This document shows positions 38,208 through 50,801 of a stretch of 64,000 nucleotides of DNA, one piece after another; position 1 is the first letter of the stretch, and each line of letters begins with the position of its first letter. The DNA lies in contig CM000151.3 in the NCBI GenBank assembly GCA_000004695.1, forward strand, positions 1,024,001 through 1,088,000, read 5' to 3'. Made by a program: the position numbers and the translations under genes. The notes under the pieces are model-generated. The model made no database searches, was not told the DNA's origin, and was given only the letters and a program-made list of their open reading frames with translations. This DNA comes from Dictyostelium discoideum (Eukaryota).

Positions 38208-39989
38208 TTATTTATTTAAATTTAAACCATTTAATAAAGTTTTAATAGTTTTATCTTTACCAAAAGTTTCAATTGCTAATGGTATACCACCACCAACAGG
38301 TGAACCTAATAAAATGTAACGTAAATTACTCATTAATTGATTTGTTTTAGTTGTTAATTCCTTTTCAGTTAATTGTTGATCTTTATAAATATCTTGACTA
38401 CACGTTAATTGTAATTGTTTATAAACATTTGCCATTGTAAAATCTTGAAGATCTTGTAATCTTTTAATTACAAATTCAATATTTCTAATTGAATCATCAC
38501 CTTTCCAAACTTTTTGTTTCATTTTAATTGCTTCTTCAGTTGTATAATCGATTTGATCAATAAAAAATGGTTTTAATAAGTTATTAAAATCTTCAATTAA
38601 ATGAACTCTTTCTTTAACACAGTTAATTGATTTTAATAAATATTCTGTATCAATTTCTTTTTTAAAATCTATATTATTATTATTATTAAAATATTCTAAT
38701 AATTGATTTTTAATTTTTAATAAAATTTCATTTTGTTTTAATGGATCATCAATTTGTAATCTAATATGATTAACATTTAACCAATCTAAACGCTCCATAT
38801 TAACAACACTACCACTCTTATTAATACCATCTAATGAAAATGATTCAACCAATTCTTTAAGTGTAAATATTTCTTTTGAACTTGTTTCTTGATCAGTTGT
38901 TGTTGTTGTTGTTGTTGTTGTTGATGATGTTGTTGATGTTGATGGTGACCAACCTAAAAATGAAACGAAATTAATTAATGCTTCTGGTAAATAACCTTTT
39001 GAGATGTAGGAATCAACTGAAACATCACCTTGACGTTTTGATAATTTTGATTTATCAGAATTTAATAATAATGGTACGTGAACCATTTGTGGTGGTTTCC
39101 AACCAAATGCTTGATAGAGTATGATATGTTTTGGTGTTGAATTTAACCATTCTTCACCACGAATAATGTGTGAAATTCCCATTAGATGATCATCAACCAC
39201 CGATGCTAAATGATAGGTTGGGTAACCATCTGATTTCATTAATACTTGATCATCAATTAATTGATTATTAAATTGAACTGTTCCTTTGACATGATCTGTG
39301 AATTTGGTTATACCAGGTGGGATTTTTAATCTAATTGTATGAGATTCACCAGACTGTAGCTTACGTTGAATTTCATCTTCTGATAATTTTAGACAATGAC
39401 GATCGTATAATGACATTGCATGTTGATTCTTTAAATTGATACGTGACATTGATAATCTTTCACTGCTGCAAAAGCAGTGATATGCATGACCACTCTTTAC
39501 CAATTTCTCAGCATACTCTTTATAAATTGGTAATCTTTCAGACTGCACATATGGTCCACATTCACCTGGTCTTGATGGACCTTCGTCATATGGTATACCT
39601 GCCCATTCTAAACATCCTGCTAAACTCTTTGCTGATCCTTCAACGAATCTCGTACGATCTGTATCTTCAATTCTTAAAATAAATGTACCATTATTCTTTT
39701 TTGCAAATAAATAATTAAATAATGCTGTTCTTAATCCACCTAAATGTAAATATCCTGTTGGACTTGGTGCATATCTAACTCTAATTTTATTTTCATTATT
39801 ATTTTCATTATTATTATGATTATGATTATGAATATGATTATGATTATCACTTGAACAACATGAATAATTTCTTTTATTATTAAAATTTAATGAAAAAATA
39901 TTTGTTGTTGATTTTAAAATTTTACTTGTTGTAGTGGTTGGCTTTATTAAAAATTTAATCATTTTTTTTTTTTTTTTTCTGGTAAACAA
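38208..39989 (-). CDS. Glutamate--tRNA ligase, bacterial/mitochondrial type
   Basis: 593 aa. Class I aaRS HIGH motif (PSPTGYLHLGG) inside the canonical RVRYAPSPTGYLHLGGLRTALFNYLFAKK...FILRIEDTD block. KMSKS variant KLSKRQG. N-terminal Lys/Thr-rich presequence consistent with mitochondrial targeting. Confidence 0.9.
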   Translation of the reverse strand: MFTRKKKKKMIKFLIKPTTTTSKILKSTTNIFSLNFNNKRNYSCCSSDNHNHIHNHNHNNNENNNENKIRVRYAPSPTGYLHLGGLRTALFNYLFAKKNNGTFILRIEDTDRTRFVEGSAKSLAGCLEWAGIPYDEGPSRPGECGPYVQSERLPIYKEYAEKLVKSGHAYHCFCSSERLSMSRINLKNQHAMSLYDRHCLKLSEDEIQRKLQSGESHTIRLKIPPGITKFTDHVKGTVQFNNQLIDDQVLMKSDGYPTYHLASVVDDHLMGISHIIRGEEWLNSTPKHIILYQAFGWKPPQMVHVPLLLNSDKSKLSKRQGDVSVDSYISKGYLPEALINFVSFLGWSPSTSTTSSTTTTTTTTTDQETSSKEIFTLKELVESFSLDGINKSGSVVNMERLDWLNVNHIRLQIDDPLKQNEILLKIKNQLLEYFNNNNNIDFKKEIDTEYLLKSINCVKERVHLIEDFNNLLKPFFIDQIDYTTEEAIKMKQKVWKGDDSIRNIEFVIKRLQDLQDFTMANVYKQLQLTCSQDIYKDQQLTEKELTTKTNQLMSNLRYILLGSPVGGGIPLAIETFGKDKTIKTLLNGLNLNK

Positions 39990-40189
39990 ACACCACCTTG
40001 TTTTAAAATGATTTTTTTTTATTTTTTTTACATTTCGTTTATTGGTTGAAAATTTTTTTTTTTTTTTTTTTTTTTTTGTTTTTTCTGATTTTTTTTTTTT
40101 ATTTTTTAATTCTAATTTCTTTTTTTTTGTTTTTTTTTTTTTTAAATAATATAAAAATTAAATTAATAAATGTTGATATTTAGATACAA

Positions 40190-40263
40190 ATTTTTTTCTC
40201 ACCTTATTAAAAGTTGTTTTGTTTTTTTCTCACCTTATTAAAAGTTGTTTTGTTTTTTTATTT
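40190..40263. repeat. Tandem duplication of a 36-bp unit (tttttttctcaccttattaaaagttgttttg x2) abutting repeat R copy 1
   Basis: Seen directly. ttttttctcacc also precedes copy 2 at about 41346. Confidence 0.8.
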
Positions 40264-40264
40264 A

Positions 40265-40620
40265 TTGAAAATAATGAATCCCAAAACAAAAACAATTTAA
40301 AAATTAAAATGTAATAAAAGTAATATTAATTTAAGTTTTAAAACAAGTTGTATATATGATTGGAATAAAAGATGCATAAAAGGTATTGTCCTTCATCGTT
40401 AAATAATAAACAAAGTCTAAAAATTGTTAATGGGAAGGGTAAGCCAAACGTGTGAGTTGAAATTGGTCTAAAAACTAATTCGAAGAAAACCGTGGACTTC
40501 TGATGGCGAATGCCATTAGAGGAAAACAAAAAAAATTCCTGGGTATAATCAAAAAGATTAAACTCTCAACAAACTCATGACAAGCTGCAACTATCTCCAC
40601 CCAATCAAACAACCCTTTTT
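40265..40620 (+). repeat. Interspersed repeat R, copy 1 (about 350 bp, GC-richer than surroundings)
   Basis: About 93% identical to copy 2 (41400..41750) and, in reverse complement, to copy 3 (42065..42330). Shared core ...ggaataaaagatgcataaaaggtattgtccttcatcg...gggaagggtaagccaaac...gaagaaaaccgtggacttctgatggcgaatgccattagaggaaaac...ctgcaactatctccacccaatcaaacaaccc. Confidence 0.75.
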
Positions 40621-40627
40621 TTTTTTT

Positions 40628-40720
40628 TTTAAATATTGATTAATCAGTAATTATCCATTAAATAGACTATAATTAATAGTTTTATTTATGAATTTTAATT
40701 TTAAAATATTTAAAAATGGA

Positions 40721-40765
<45 letters not shown>

Positions 40766-40895
40766 AATAATAATAGCATTACTATATTTTTAAATTCTTT
40801 ATTAGATAATTTAAATTAAAAATAAATTGCATTAAAATTTAAAATTAAAATTCATATTTATTTTGTTTATTTCCTTTAATGGATAAACTTTGATT
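40628..40895. mobile_element. MITE-like segment bounded by imperfect terminal inverted repeats (attgattaatcagtaattatccattaaa ... tttaatggataaactttgattaatc)
   Basis: The two ends are reverse complements of one another over about 25 nt. The same TIR motif recurs at 41760-41797 and as a tight palindrome at 41965-42062. No ORF inside. Confidence 0.35.
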
Positions 40896-40902
40896 AATCT
40901 TG

Positions 40903-40945
<43 letters not shown>

Positions 40946-41209
40946 AAAAACTGTTATTTAAAATATATTGATTAATTTAAATAAATCAAGAAGAAATTAT
41001 CTCGATCATTAAGTTTATAATCAACAATTTTTAAATAATAAATAAAAGTTGTTAAATATATTTATTAATTTTTTTTTTATTATAAAACAAAATATTGATG
41101 GTTTGGATTAGTTTTTTTTTTTTTTTATATTTTAACAAAATACCACAATTTAGAAACACTCTTTAAATATTTATTTTTTATTTTATTTTAGAATTGGAAA
41201 CAATATGGT

Positions 41210-41240
<31 letters not shown>

Positions 41241-41399
41241 TATTTTTATTTTTATTTTTATTTTTTTTATTTTTTAATTTCAATTTCTCATTTTTTTTTT
41301 TTTAAAAAAATTTAATTAACAAGCACTGAAATCCAGGTCCAAATTTTTTCTCACCTTTTTTTTTTTTTTATTTATTTTATTTTATTTTTTTATTTTATT

Positions 41400-41750
41400 T
41401 ATAATGAATCCCAAAACAAAAACAATTTAAAAATTAAAATGTAATAAAACTAATATTAGTTCAATTATTAAATCAAGTTGTTAAATATGATTGGAATAAA
41501 AGATGCATAAAAGGTATTGTCCTTCATCGTTAAATAATAAACAAAGTCTAAAAACTATAAATGGGAAGGGTAAGCCAAACTCGAGAGTTGAATTGGTCTA
41601 AAAACTAATTCGAAGAAAACCGTGGACTTCTGATGGCGAATGCCATTAGAGGAAAACAAAAAAAATTCCTGAGTATAATCAAAAGATTAAACTCTCAACC
41701 AACTCTCGACAAACTGCAACTATCTCCACCCAATCAAACAACCCTTTTTT
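41400..41750 (+). repeat. Interspersed repeat R, copy 2
   Basis: Direct repeat of copy 1. Followed by poly-T and the TIR motif, as copy 1 is. Confidence 0.75.
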
Positions 41751-42064
41751 TTTTTTATTAAATATTGATAAATAATCAGTGTTTATCCATTAAAGAACAT
41801 TAAATAAACAATAATTAATAGTTTTATTTTTAATTTAAAATGTATAGTTATTTTATAATTTGTATTATTATTATAATTTTTATTATTATTATTTTTTTTT
41901 TTTTTTTTTTAAGACACCATTAAAAAAAATAGACTATGAACTTGCAGTTTTTTTTTATTTTTTTTAAATATTGATTAATCAGTGTTTATTTATCCACTAA
42001 AGGACAATAACCAATAGTTTTATTTATGCCCTTTAATGGATAAACTCTGATTAATAAATATACA

Positions 42065-42330
42065 AAAAAAAAAAAAAAGGGTTTTTGATTGGGTGGAGAT
42101 AGTTGCAGTTTGCCGAGTGTTTTGTTTTTTGTGAGTTTAACCTTATGATTATACTCAGGAATTTTTTTTGTTTTCCTCTAATGGCATTCGCCATCAGAAG
42201 TCCACGGTTTTCTTCGAATTAGTTTTTAGACCAATTCAACACTCAGCTTTGGCTTGCCCTTACCATTGATAATATTTATACTTGATGTATTTAGCGATGA
42301 ATGACAATACCTTTTATGCATCTTTTATTT
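42065..42330 (-). repeat. Interspersed repeat R, copy 3 (inverted, 3' portion)
   Basis: Reverse complement of the copy 1/2 core (gggtttttgattgggtggagatagttgcag...ctaatggcattcgccatcagaagtccacggttttcttcgaattag...). Confidence 0.7.
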
Positions 42331-42555
42331 CAATCAAACTTTCAAAACCCAATTTTTAAACACATTTCAAAAAATATAAAAATGTTCAACCTTCAAGATT
42401 TGCAAAGGTTTTGGGATATTTTTTTTTTTAATTTTTTTTTTTTTTTTTTTTAATTTTTTTTTAATTTTTTTTTTTTTTTTTTTTTATAATTATAAACTTT
42501 TAAAACAAAGTTGTTAAATTTTCCTTAAAAAAAAAGACTAAGAATTAGTGAATTA

Positions 42556-42607
<52 letters not shown>

Positions 42608-42639
42608 TTTTTATTGGAAATGTGAAAATACACATTTTA

Positions 42640-42670
<31 letters not shown>

Positions 42671-42722
42671 TTTCATTTCATTTTATTTTATTATTTTTCA
42701 AAATATAGACAAACAAAATTAA

Positions 42723-43872
42723 ATGCAAATAAGTGAGACCAATATTAATTATTCTGAAGATGAACAACAAAACTATTACCAAAATCAATACCCAATATCA
42801 ATAAAAACTCCAATAATTAATAATAAAAATTATAATTCATATCATTGTCAAACATTATATTTAAAGAAAAATAAAAATGAATTTGTTAAAGTTATTATAT
42901 CAATCTCAATACCAAATGTAATTCAAATATTTTTAATTGATAATATAAATAACAACATAGACAACAAAAATTACAATGAAAACAAAATCAATAATAATGA
43001 CGATAATAATAATGATGATGAACCAAAAGTTAAAACAATAAAGGTACATATATTAAATAAAAATATTCATTAATAATATTTATCAATCTTTTTTTTATTT
43101 TATTTTTCGATCGAAAATACATATTAATTTTAATTTTAATTTTTATTTTTATTTATTTATTATTTAGGTTATTAAAACAAAATATACAATAAGAGATACA
43201 GTTGTTTTTAGTGAAAAATCAAATTCATATTTATTAATTTTATTATCAAATAATTCAATATGGTATATTAATATTTCAACAATTATAGATTCAGTTATTA
43301 AAGATGATGATGATGATGATACAAATGAAAATTTTAATCCAGTTATGATACTAGATGATAGAAATTTATCATGTTATATAGATACTGTTGATACAATTAG
43401 ATATGTATTTTGTTTACAACCTTCATCTTCATCATCACCATCCATAAAATCAACATTAGTATTCCTTTTAAATTGTATTGATGATGAACAATTTATTGAA
43501 TGTAAATCAAGTATTAAATCAAAGATATCAATATTATTTCAAAATAAAGAAGTTATTTGTTTAAATTATAAAAACTCTTTATTAAATTCTTATAAACCAT
43601 TATTATTAAAATCAGATAGTAATAATGATAATAATAATAATAATAACATTATTAATTCAAAACTTAAAGTATTTCATATTGAGTCATTAGAATTAAATTC
43701 TCAAATTACTTCAACAAAATCAACGATGAATGAAAATAAAAAAGTTAGATTGACTAATAATGATCCTTTATTAACAACTGTACAACAACATCAACAAACT
43801 TATAATTTAATTTACCAAGATCAAACAACCCTATTAAATAATAATACTCATTCACTATTTAAATTTTATACC

Positions 43873-43958
<86 letters not shown>

Positions 43959-44234
43959 AATATATTTTATATCGATTTTAAATTCAACACTATCAATATT
44001 AAATATATCGAATAATAACAATAATAGTAATAATAATAACTATTTACAATTTAAATTGAATGGTCATACAAATATAACAAATATGGAATTAATTTCAAAT
44101 GATACATTAGTTTATTTATCAAATGGTTCATTGTTTTTTATTTGTTTAAAACAATTAATATTAAAAAGTAATTATTTAAAATATAAAAATAAAAAAATAG
44201 AAAGATTATAATAATTAATAATAAGCAAATAATA

Positions 44235-44266
<32 letters not shown>

Positions 44267-46060
44267 AAAAAAAATAATTATTAGAGAAATTAATATATAA
44301 ATATTATTATTCATTCCCAAATAATATATTGTATTTTAATGTTAATAGAGATGAATTTGATTTAAATCAACAAACATTATCATTATTTAGTTTAAATGGT
44401 TATTTACATCTTTATTCATTTTTAGATAATAGTGATTTTAATTATAATAATAATAATCAAGATGAACTATCTACCTCTGATATATCAAGTATTAAAAGTG
44501 AAGAAGATGAAGATTTTATTAAATCTTCTCTAGATCAAATTAAACAACAACAAAAAAAACAAAATTTTTCAAATATAAAAAATAATAAATCTTTATTATT
44601 TACTCATCATTTAAAAGATATGCAACAATTACATAGAAAATTAGATTTAAAAATTAAAGTAAGTTTTTTAAATATTTTAAAAATAGTTTTAAAATATATA
44701 CATATATATATATTAAATAAAATAATAATATTATTTAAATAAAAAGGATCTAGATATAAAAATTAAAGATGTAAATAAAAAGATAGCAACATTATCAAGA
44801 TTACAACAAAAACAAAAACAATTAAATAATTTATTTCCTTGTAAAATACAATCACTGATTTCACCATTAATTAATATAAATAATAATAATAATAATAATT
44901 CACCATCATTAATACTTAGAATTGGAATAATGAATAAATCATTAATGGATTTAAATAGTAGTTGGAATTTATTGATTAGATTTACTACACCAGATTTCCC
45001 ATTCTATACAATTAATACAATATCATATCCAATTCAAACTTTATCACCAAATCAAACATTAAATTTAGATTTACCATTAGAATATAAATCATTTGATAAA
45101 TTTAAATTAGTAATTATACTATCTTATCAAGTTGATTTAATTATTAATAATAATAATGATGATGATGATGATGATGAAAATTATAACAATAATAATAATA
45201 AAAAAAAATCAAAAACTGGTGGTATAAATTTATTAGTTTTAGAGAAAATAATTCATTTATTTGATTTATTAAATATAACTAATAATAGTAATAATAATTG
45301 TGATAACATTATTATTAATAGTTCAATGAATCAATTAAATCCTTCAAACTATGGTTCAATAATAAAAATAATTGATACATTAAAAAAATTATCAAATATT
45401 ATCATTGGTAATAATATTAATAATAATAATAATAAAAATAATAATAATAAAAATAATAATAATGATAATAATAATAATACCATATATAAACCAATGGAAC
45501 AATTAAATTTTGTTTTATTATCATATAATTTATTACCAAATATTAATAATGATGATAATAGTTATTCAAGTAGTATTAGTAATAATAATGAAAAAATGGT
45601 TAATAATTTTTTTAATATCTTTTTTAGAAAATTAAATATTTCAATAAAATCAAATAATAATAATAATAATAACTTTAATAGTAATAGTAATAAAAAAGAG
45701 TATAATATTGAATTTCAAACACCAAAAAAAGATAAAATTAATTTTAAACTTGATTCAGTTGGATCAATGTATAGAATTTCAGTTTCAAGTAATAATCAAT
45801 TAATGAAATCTTTGATTTTACAATCAATGTTTATACAATTTAGAGAATCAGAATTTTTAATCGATGATCAAAATATAATCATAAATCTATCAGCATTAAA
45901 AGATAAATATAAGCAATGGAAACAACATCAAAGTTTTGATCACTCACTTTCAAAGTTAATAGAACAAAATAATTTAAATCAATTTGAAAATAACAATCTT
46001 CAATTTTATGATCAAATTTCAAAAATTATTCAACAATTTGATTCTTTTTTTATATTTTAA
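42723..46060 (+). CDS. Asn-rich, coiled-coil-containing protein of unknown function, at least 4 exons
   Basis: Exon 1 42723..43043 (...KVKTIK|GTACAT). Exon 2 43168..about 44167 (or to the stop at 44211 if exons 3-4 are a separate gene). Exon 3 about 44351..44658 (...KLDLKIK|GTAAGT). Exon 4 44747..46060. The exon 3/4 junction and exon 4 extension are in frame, with the track ORF at 44930 lying inside exon 4. The exon 2/3 junction is less certain. Confidence 0.5.
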
Positions 46061-46121
46061 ATAAATTTTTTCTTTTTTTTTTTTTATCAATTAATAATAA
46101 TAATTTTCTTTGGAGATTACA

Positions 46122-46122
<1 letters not shown>

Positions 46123-46182
<60 letters not shown>

Positions 46183-46184
46183 GT
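46123..46184. repeat. (TTA)n microsatellite
   Basis: Seen directly. Confidence 0.9.
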
Positions 46185-46323
46185 TTTTTTTTTTTTTTTT
46201 TTTTGAAAAATAAAGATTAAAATTCTTTTGATAATTAAAAAGGTTATTTAATATTTATTTTTAATATTATTTTATTAAATGAGAGTTGAATGCTGTTTTT
46301 ATTGATTTGCGACCCTAATTCAT

Positions 46324-46369
<46 letters not shown>

Positions 46370-46521
46370 AAAAAAAAGTGTAATATTATCTCATTTCAAC
46401 TTTTTTTAAACCCGATGCCTATAAAAAATATAACCATTCACGAAAAAAAAAAAAAATATCTAATTTTTTTTTTTTTTTTATAAACTGAGAAAAATTGATT
46501 TCTTTTAATTTTTTTTTTTTT

Positions 46522-46557
<36 letters not shown>

Positions 46558-46728
46558 ATGATCCCTAGGTTTATTATTATTATTGGTAGATTTTTATGAA
46601 TTTGGGTTGATTATTATAATAATAATAATTGGTAGATTTTTTTTTTTTTTCCACTTGATCAAAATCTTTTTCACAGAAAAAACTAAAAATAAAAAAAAAA
46701 TAAAAAAACCTCAAAACTATTTTTTTTA

Positions 46729-46765
<37 letters not shown>

Positions 46766-46816
46766 TTTTTTATTATTATTTTCATTTTAATTAAAAAAAT
46801 ATATTAATTAAAAAAA

Positions 46817-47869
46817 ATGAGTTTTAAAAAAAATATTTTAATAATTATTTTTTTAATATTTTTAATAAAAAATATTAATTCTCAAAGTTTTAAAGGAAAT
46901 CAAAAACAACAAGTTAATGCACTCCTTTCTCAAATTTACCAGGGAAATGTCTATGAGGGTTTCCAATGTATGCTTAATATGGTCATGTGTTCTGGTGATA
47001 CTGTAATTGGTATTAACATCTTCACAGGTGTTCCAGTTACATTGACAGTTGATTTTTCAGTTTTTGAAGATCTTACTTATTTTATTTCAAGTAGTGCTAT
47101 TAGCTTTAGTCCAAATATTTTTTCAAGACTTCCAAATTTTACTTCTCCAGAAGTTTATTTGTAAATATAATTAAAATTTTTAAACATTTAATTCATCTGA
47201 TTCTTTTCTTTTTTTTTTTTTTTTTTTTTTTAATAAAAAATTTTAACACCCATTTTTTTTATTTATACCAAAAACTTTTTTTTTTTTTTTTTTTTTTTTC
47301 ATTTATAGTAATATAGGTAAAATGAATGACCAAATTCCAGAAGATATTGTTTTACCAGAAAATTTATATACTGTAGAGTTTAAATCCATTTCTGTTCCTT
47401 TACCAAATGCCTTTTTTTCAACTGGGGCTATTGGAACTATATTAATAAATAATGCCAATCCAGGTTTTGCTCTCCCAAACCAATTCCCACAAAATAATTT
47501 TTTAAAACAATTAAATTTGAATATAATTGGAAATGGATTTTTCCCAAGTAATGCTGGTTCTGCTTTAAGCAATTTAACCGAATTGACTTTAAATATCAAC
47601 AACTATAATACAAAAAATATAACTTTCCCAACATTTGAACCATTTAACCAATTAACAAAATTAGCTATTAATTTCCATAGTGCGGATCCATTAAATCAGT
47701 TATTCGAATTTGAACCTACAATTAACAATATTAATACTTTGGAAGAATTGCACATTGAAAACCTTGGTTTCAATATTTCAAATGATGTAGATCTTACAAA
47801 CTTATCAAAAAATCTAAAATTGTTTGTATTCTTAAAAAAAATATATTTTTCTCCTCAAAATTTAATACT

Positions 47870-47905
<36 letters not shown>

Positions 47906-49403
47906 GACATTTTCAAATCATATATTGCCATTAAATAAATTTAAATATCCATTAAATTGTAGTCTGTATGTAATAATTTAAAATCCATTATTATTATTAT
48001 TATTTTATTTACTCATTTAAGTATTTAAACATACATATTAATTACTTTTTATTTTTTTTTTTTTTTTTTATTATTTTTTTTTTTTTTTTTTTAATAAAAT
48101 AAAAATAAGTGATTTGAGTAATTATCCAGTTTCAATTTATGATGTAGATTTTAGAAATCTTACATCCTTATCACTTTCAAATGTTAACTATGGTGAAAAT
48201 TTACCACCAGCTTCAAATTTTGATTTTGAAAAATTGACCTATTTATTATTAAGCTCCAATCAATTTAATGGATCACTCCCAGAAGAATATTGTTCATTTG
48301 TTAAAGGTTCATTGGCACTTGGTTCCAATGATTTAACAGGTTCAGTGCCAGATTGTTTCAAATGTTTGGGTGGTGAAGAGTTTCCAGGTTTATTCCCAAA
48401 TAATTTCGATGATTTCTTTGATGATACACCAGCTGATGTTTGTACTGCATTCTCTTTGGATGTTCCTGTCAATCAATTATTGAAAACCAATGAAACTACA
48501 GTTTTTGAGTTTACAGGTTCAAATTTAGGTTGGGATTCTGATATTGAATCAACTCAAGCAAATGTTGAATTAGCAATCATTGAACCAAATAAGAAAATTA
48601 AGATTACTATTCCACCAGGTGCTGGTATTCAAAATGCAACTTTAAAATTTGGAAGTAATTTTTCAATTGAAGTTATTTTAAATTATGAATTTTATGGTCC
48701 AACAATCGATTCATACTATGTTCAAGGATCTGGTATCTTTTTCAGAGGTTCTTATTTTAGTTACAATCAAGATTATGAAAATATTTTTACAATTAATAAA
48801 GACTATAAATTCACTGCCCATATTCAAACAATTGAAGACCAAAATCTAAACAATGGAGTTGGTTTTGAAAATGATGATACACCAATCTCTGTATTGAAAA
48901 ATCGTGAAGCTTTCAATGTTTCAATTGATGTAGCTGGTAAACAATCAGAAACTGTAACATTTATTTATTTTGGAAATATTACTATGCTTTCAGATCTTTC
49001 CTCAATTCAATTGAATACAACAGGTGGTGATTTCTCATTCGATGGTGAATTTGGTTGTAATACAACTGATTTTTCAAATCCTATCTTTAAGATCAATGAT
49101 ATTGATGTTCAAATCTTAGAAATTACAGAAACTAGAATTAATATCACTTATCCACCAATTGAAAATGCTGGTACATATTCACTTTATATTGAAGTTGGTG
49201 ATTTCTCTTTCACTAATGAAATCAAATTCATTGAAACCCCAACTTTCCCACCAACTCCAACTCCAACTTCAACCCCAACTCCAACTCCAACTTCAACTTC
49301 AACTTCAACTTCAGATGATGAAGGTCTTTCCACTTCTCCAACTCTTTCAATCTCATTTATTTACTTATTTTCTATAATTTTATTAATCAATTTTGTTTTT
49401 TAA
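46817..49403 (+). CDS. Secreted leucine-rich-repeat surface protein with beta-rich (IPT/TIG-like) region, Thr/Pro-rich stalk and C-terminal GPI-anchor-like signal, 3 exons
   Basis: Exon 1 46817..about 47160 (signal MSFKKNILIIIFLIFLIKNINS; TT|GTAAAT). Exon 2 about 47309..about 47825 (LRRs: LSNLTELTLNINNYN...LTKLAINF...LEELHIENLGFN). Exon 3 about 48104..49403 (more LRRs, Cys pairs, TPTFPPTPTPTSTPTPTPTSTSTST, hydrophobic tail LSISFIYLFSIILLINFVF*). The exon 2 donor is non-consensus (GTTTGT), so that junction is tentative. Confidence 0.6.
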
Positions 49404-49667
49404 ATAAGTTTTTTAAAAAACTAAAAAAAAATAAACTATTTTTATTTAATATTTATTTCATTATAGTGGTATTATTTAATATTTTAAAAATGATAATCAT
49501 GAAAGGAGTTTTAATTACAAAAAAAAAATAATAAAAAAATAATTATAATTAAATTAATTTATTTGGTCTGTCTTAAATTATTTTTATTTTATTTTTTTTG
49601 TTGTTCTAATTCACCAAAAAAGGAAAAAATTATAATAATTGTTGTGAAATAAAAGGTTTTTATTTAC

Positions 49668-49708
<41 letters not shown>

Positions 49709-50211
49709 ATCAAAAAAGGAAAAAATGTTTTTTGTAACCAATTAAAATACCCATAAATATTGTAAACCCAAATTAAATATAAAATATGGAATAGTTTTTT
49801 TTTTTTTTCATTGTGGATAAAATTTGGTGTTGGATCAACATCAAAAAGGAATTGAAATTCAATTCCTTAAAAATAAATAATTAATTATTTATTTTTAATT
49901 CTTGCAAAATTATTTCCCATTAAATGTGAAAGATTATTATATAATCTACGGAGCAAGTATATCTGGTTCCAATGCTTGAACTGATATAGGTTTTGCAGCT
50001 ATTGGTTTTTATAAGCGGATAGTATTTGTCCACCCCTATAAAAAAAAAAAGGAAAATCTCAAAAATAATATTATTTTCTTTCAAATAAAAAGGAATAAAA
50101 CATAAATTTGATTATTCTTAAATATCTTATTTTTAAATTGTATTTTTTTAATTTTATTCATGATCACTCAATGGTTAATTAATTTTAAATATTTATTAAA
50201 AAAATAATAAG

Positions 50212-50288
<77 letters not shown>

Positions 50289-50421
50289 ATTATTATTATT
50301 TTTTAAAATTTTATTTTATTATTTACAAGATGTTTTTGGTTTTTTACTACCTTTATTTTTCTATTTACAACCTTTTCTTTTCATTTTACTTTTCCTTTCA
50401 AAACACATTTATAAATAAAAT

Positions 50422-50740
50422 TTATAATGCATTAATTGCAATACCTAAATCATTTGAAAATTTAATTCCATTATTATTTAAATTATTTAAACTATTATTA
50501 TTAAAATTATTATTCATTAAATTATTTAATTTTTTAATAGAATCTCTTTGGTTTATTAATTCTAACCATTTATTAATATTTGAAAAACGAGAAATGATTT
50601 GATTTGAATTTGAATTTTTTAATAAATGTAATAACCAAACTGAATTGCTAATATCGGCAATTGAATATTGTGAACCACCTAAATATTGATTTGTTGATAA
50701 TCTATCATCCAATAATTGTAATACTTTTTTAACTTCATTT

Positions 50741-50801
<61 letters not shown>

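Noticed and set aside
40338-40529. 63-aa ORF inside repeat R copy 1
   Set aside because: Not conserved as an ORF in the other copies, which carry indels. Repeat R appears non-coding.
41965-42062. Possible tRNA or other structured RNA in the tight palindrome
   Set aside because: It is a simple long hairpin matching the TIR motif found at the other copies. There is no cloverleaf and no A/B boxes.
44161-44351. Treating 42723..44211 and 44329..46060 as certainly one gene
   Set aside because: The exon 2 to exon 3 junction requires a weak AAAA|GTAATT donor and the second of two adjacent AGs. It is kept as a tentative single gene with lowered confidence, because an in-frame stop at 44211 allows a two-gene interpretation.
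49159-49377. 72-aa + strand ORF with (QL)n
   Set aside because: It is an alternative-frame reading of the (ACTCCA/ACTTCA)n Thr-Pro-Ser stalk repeat of the LRR protein gene.
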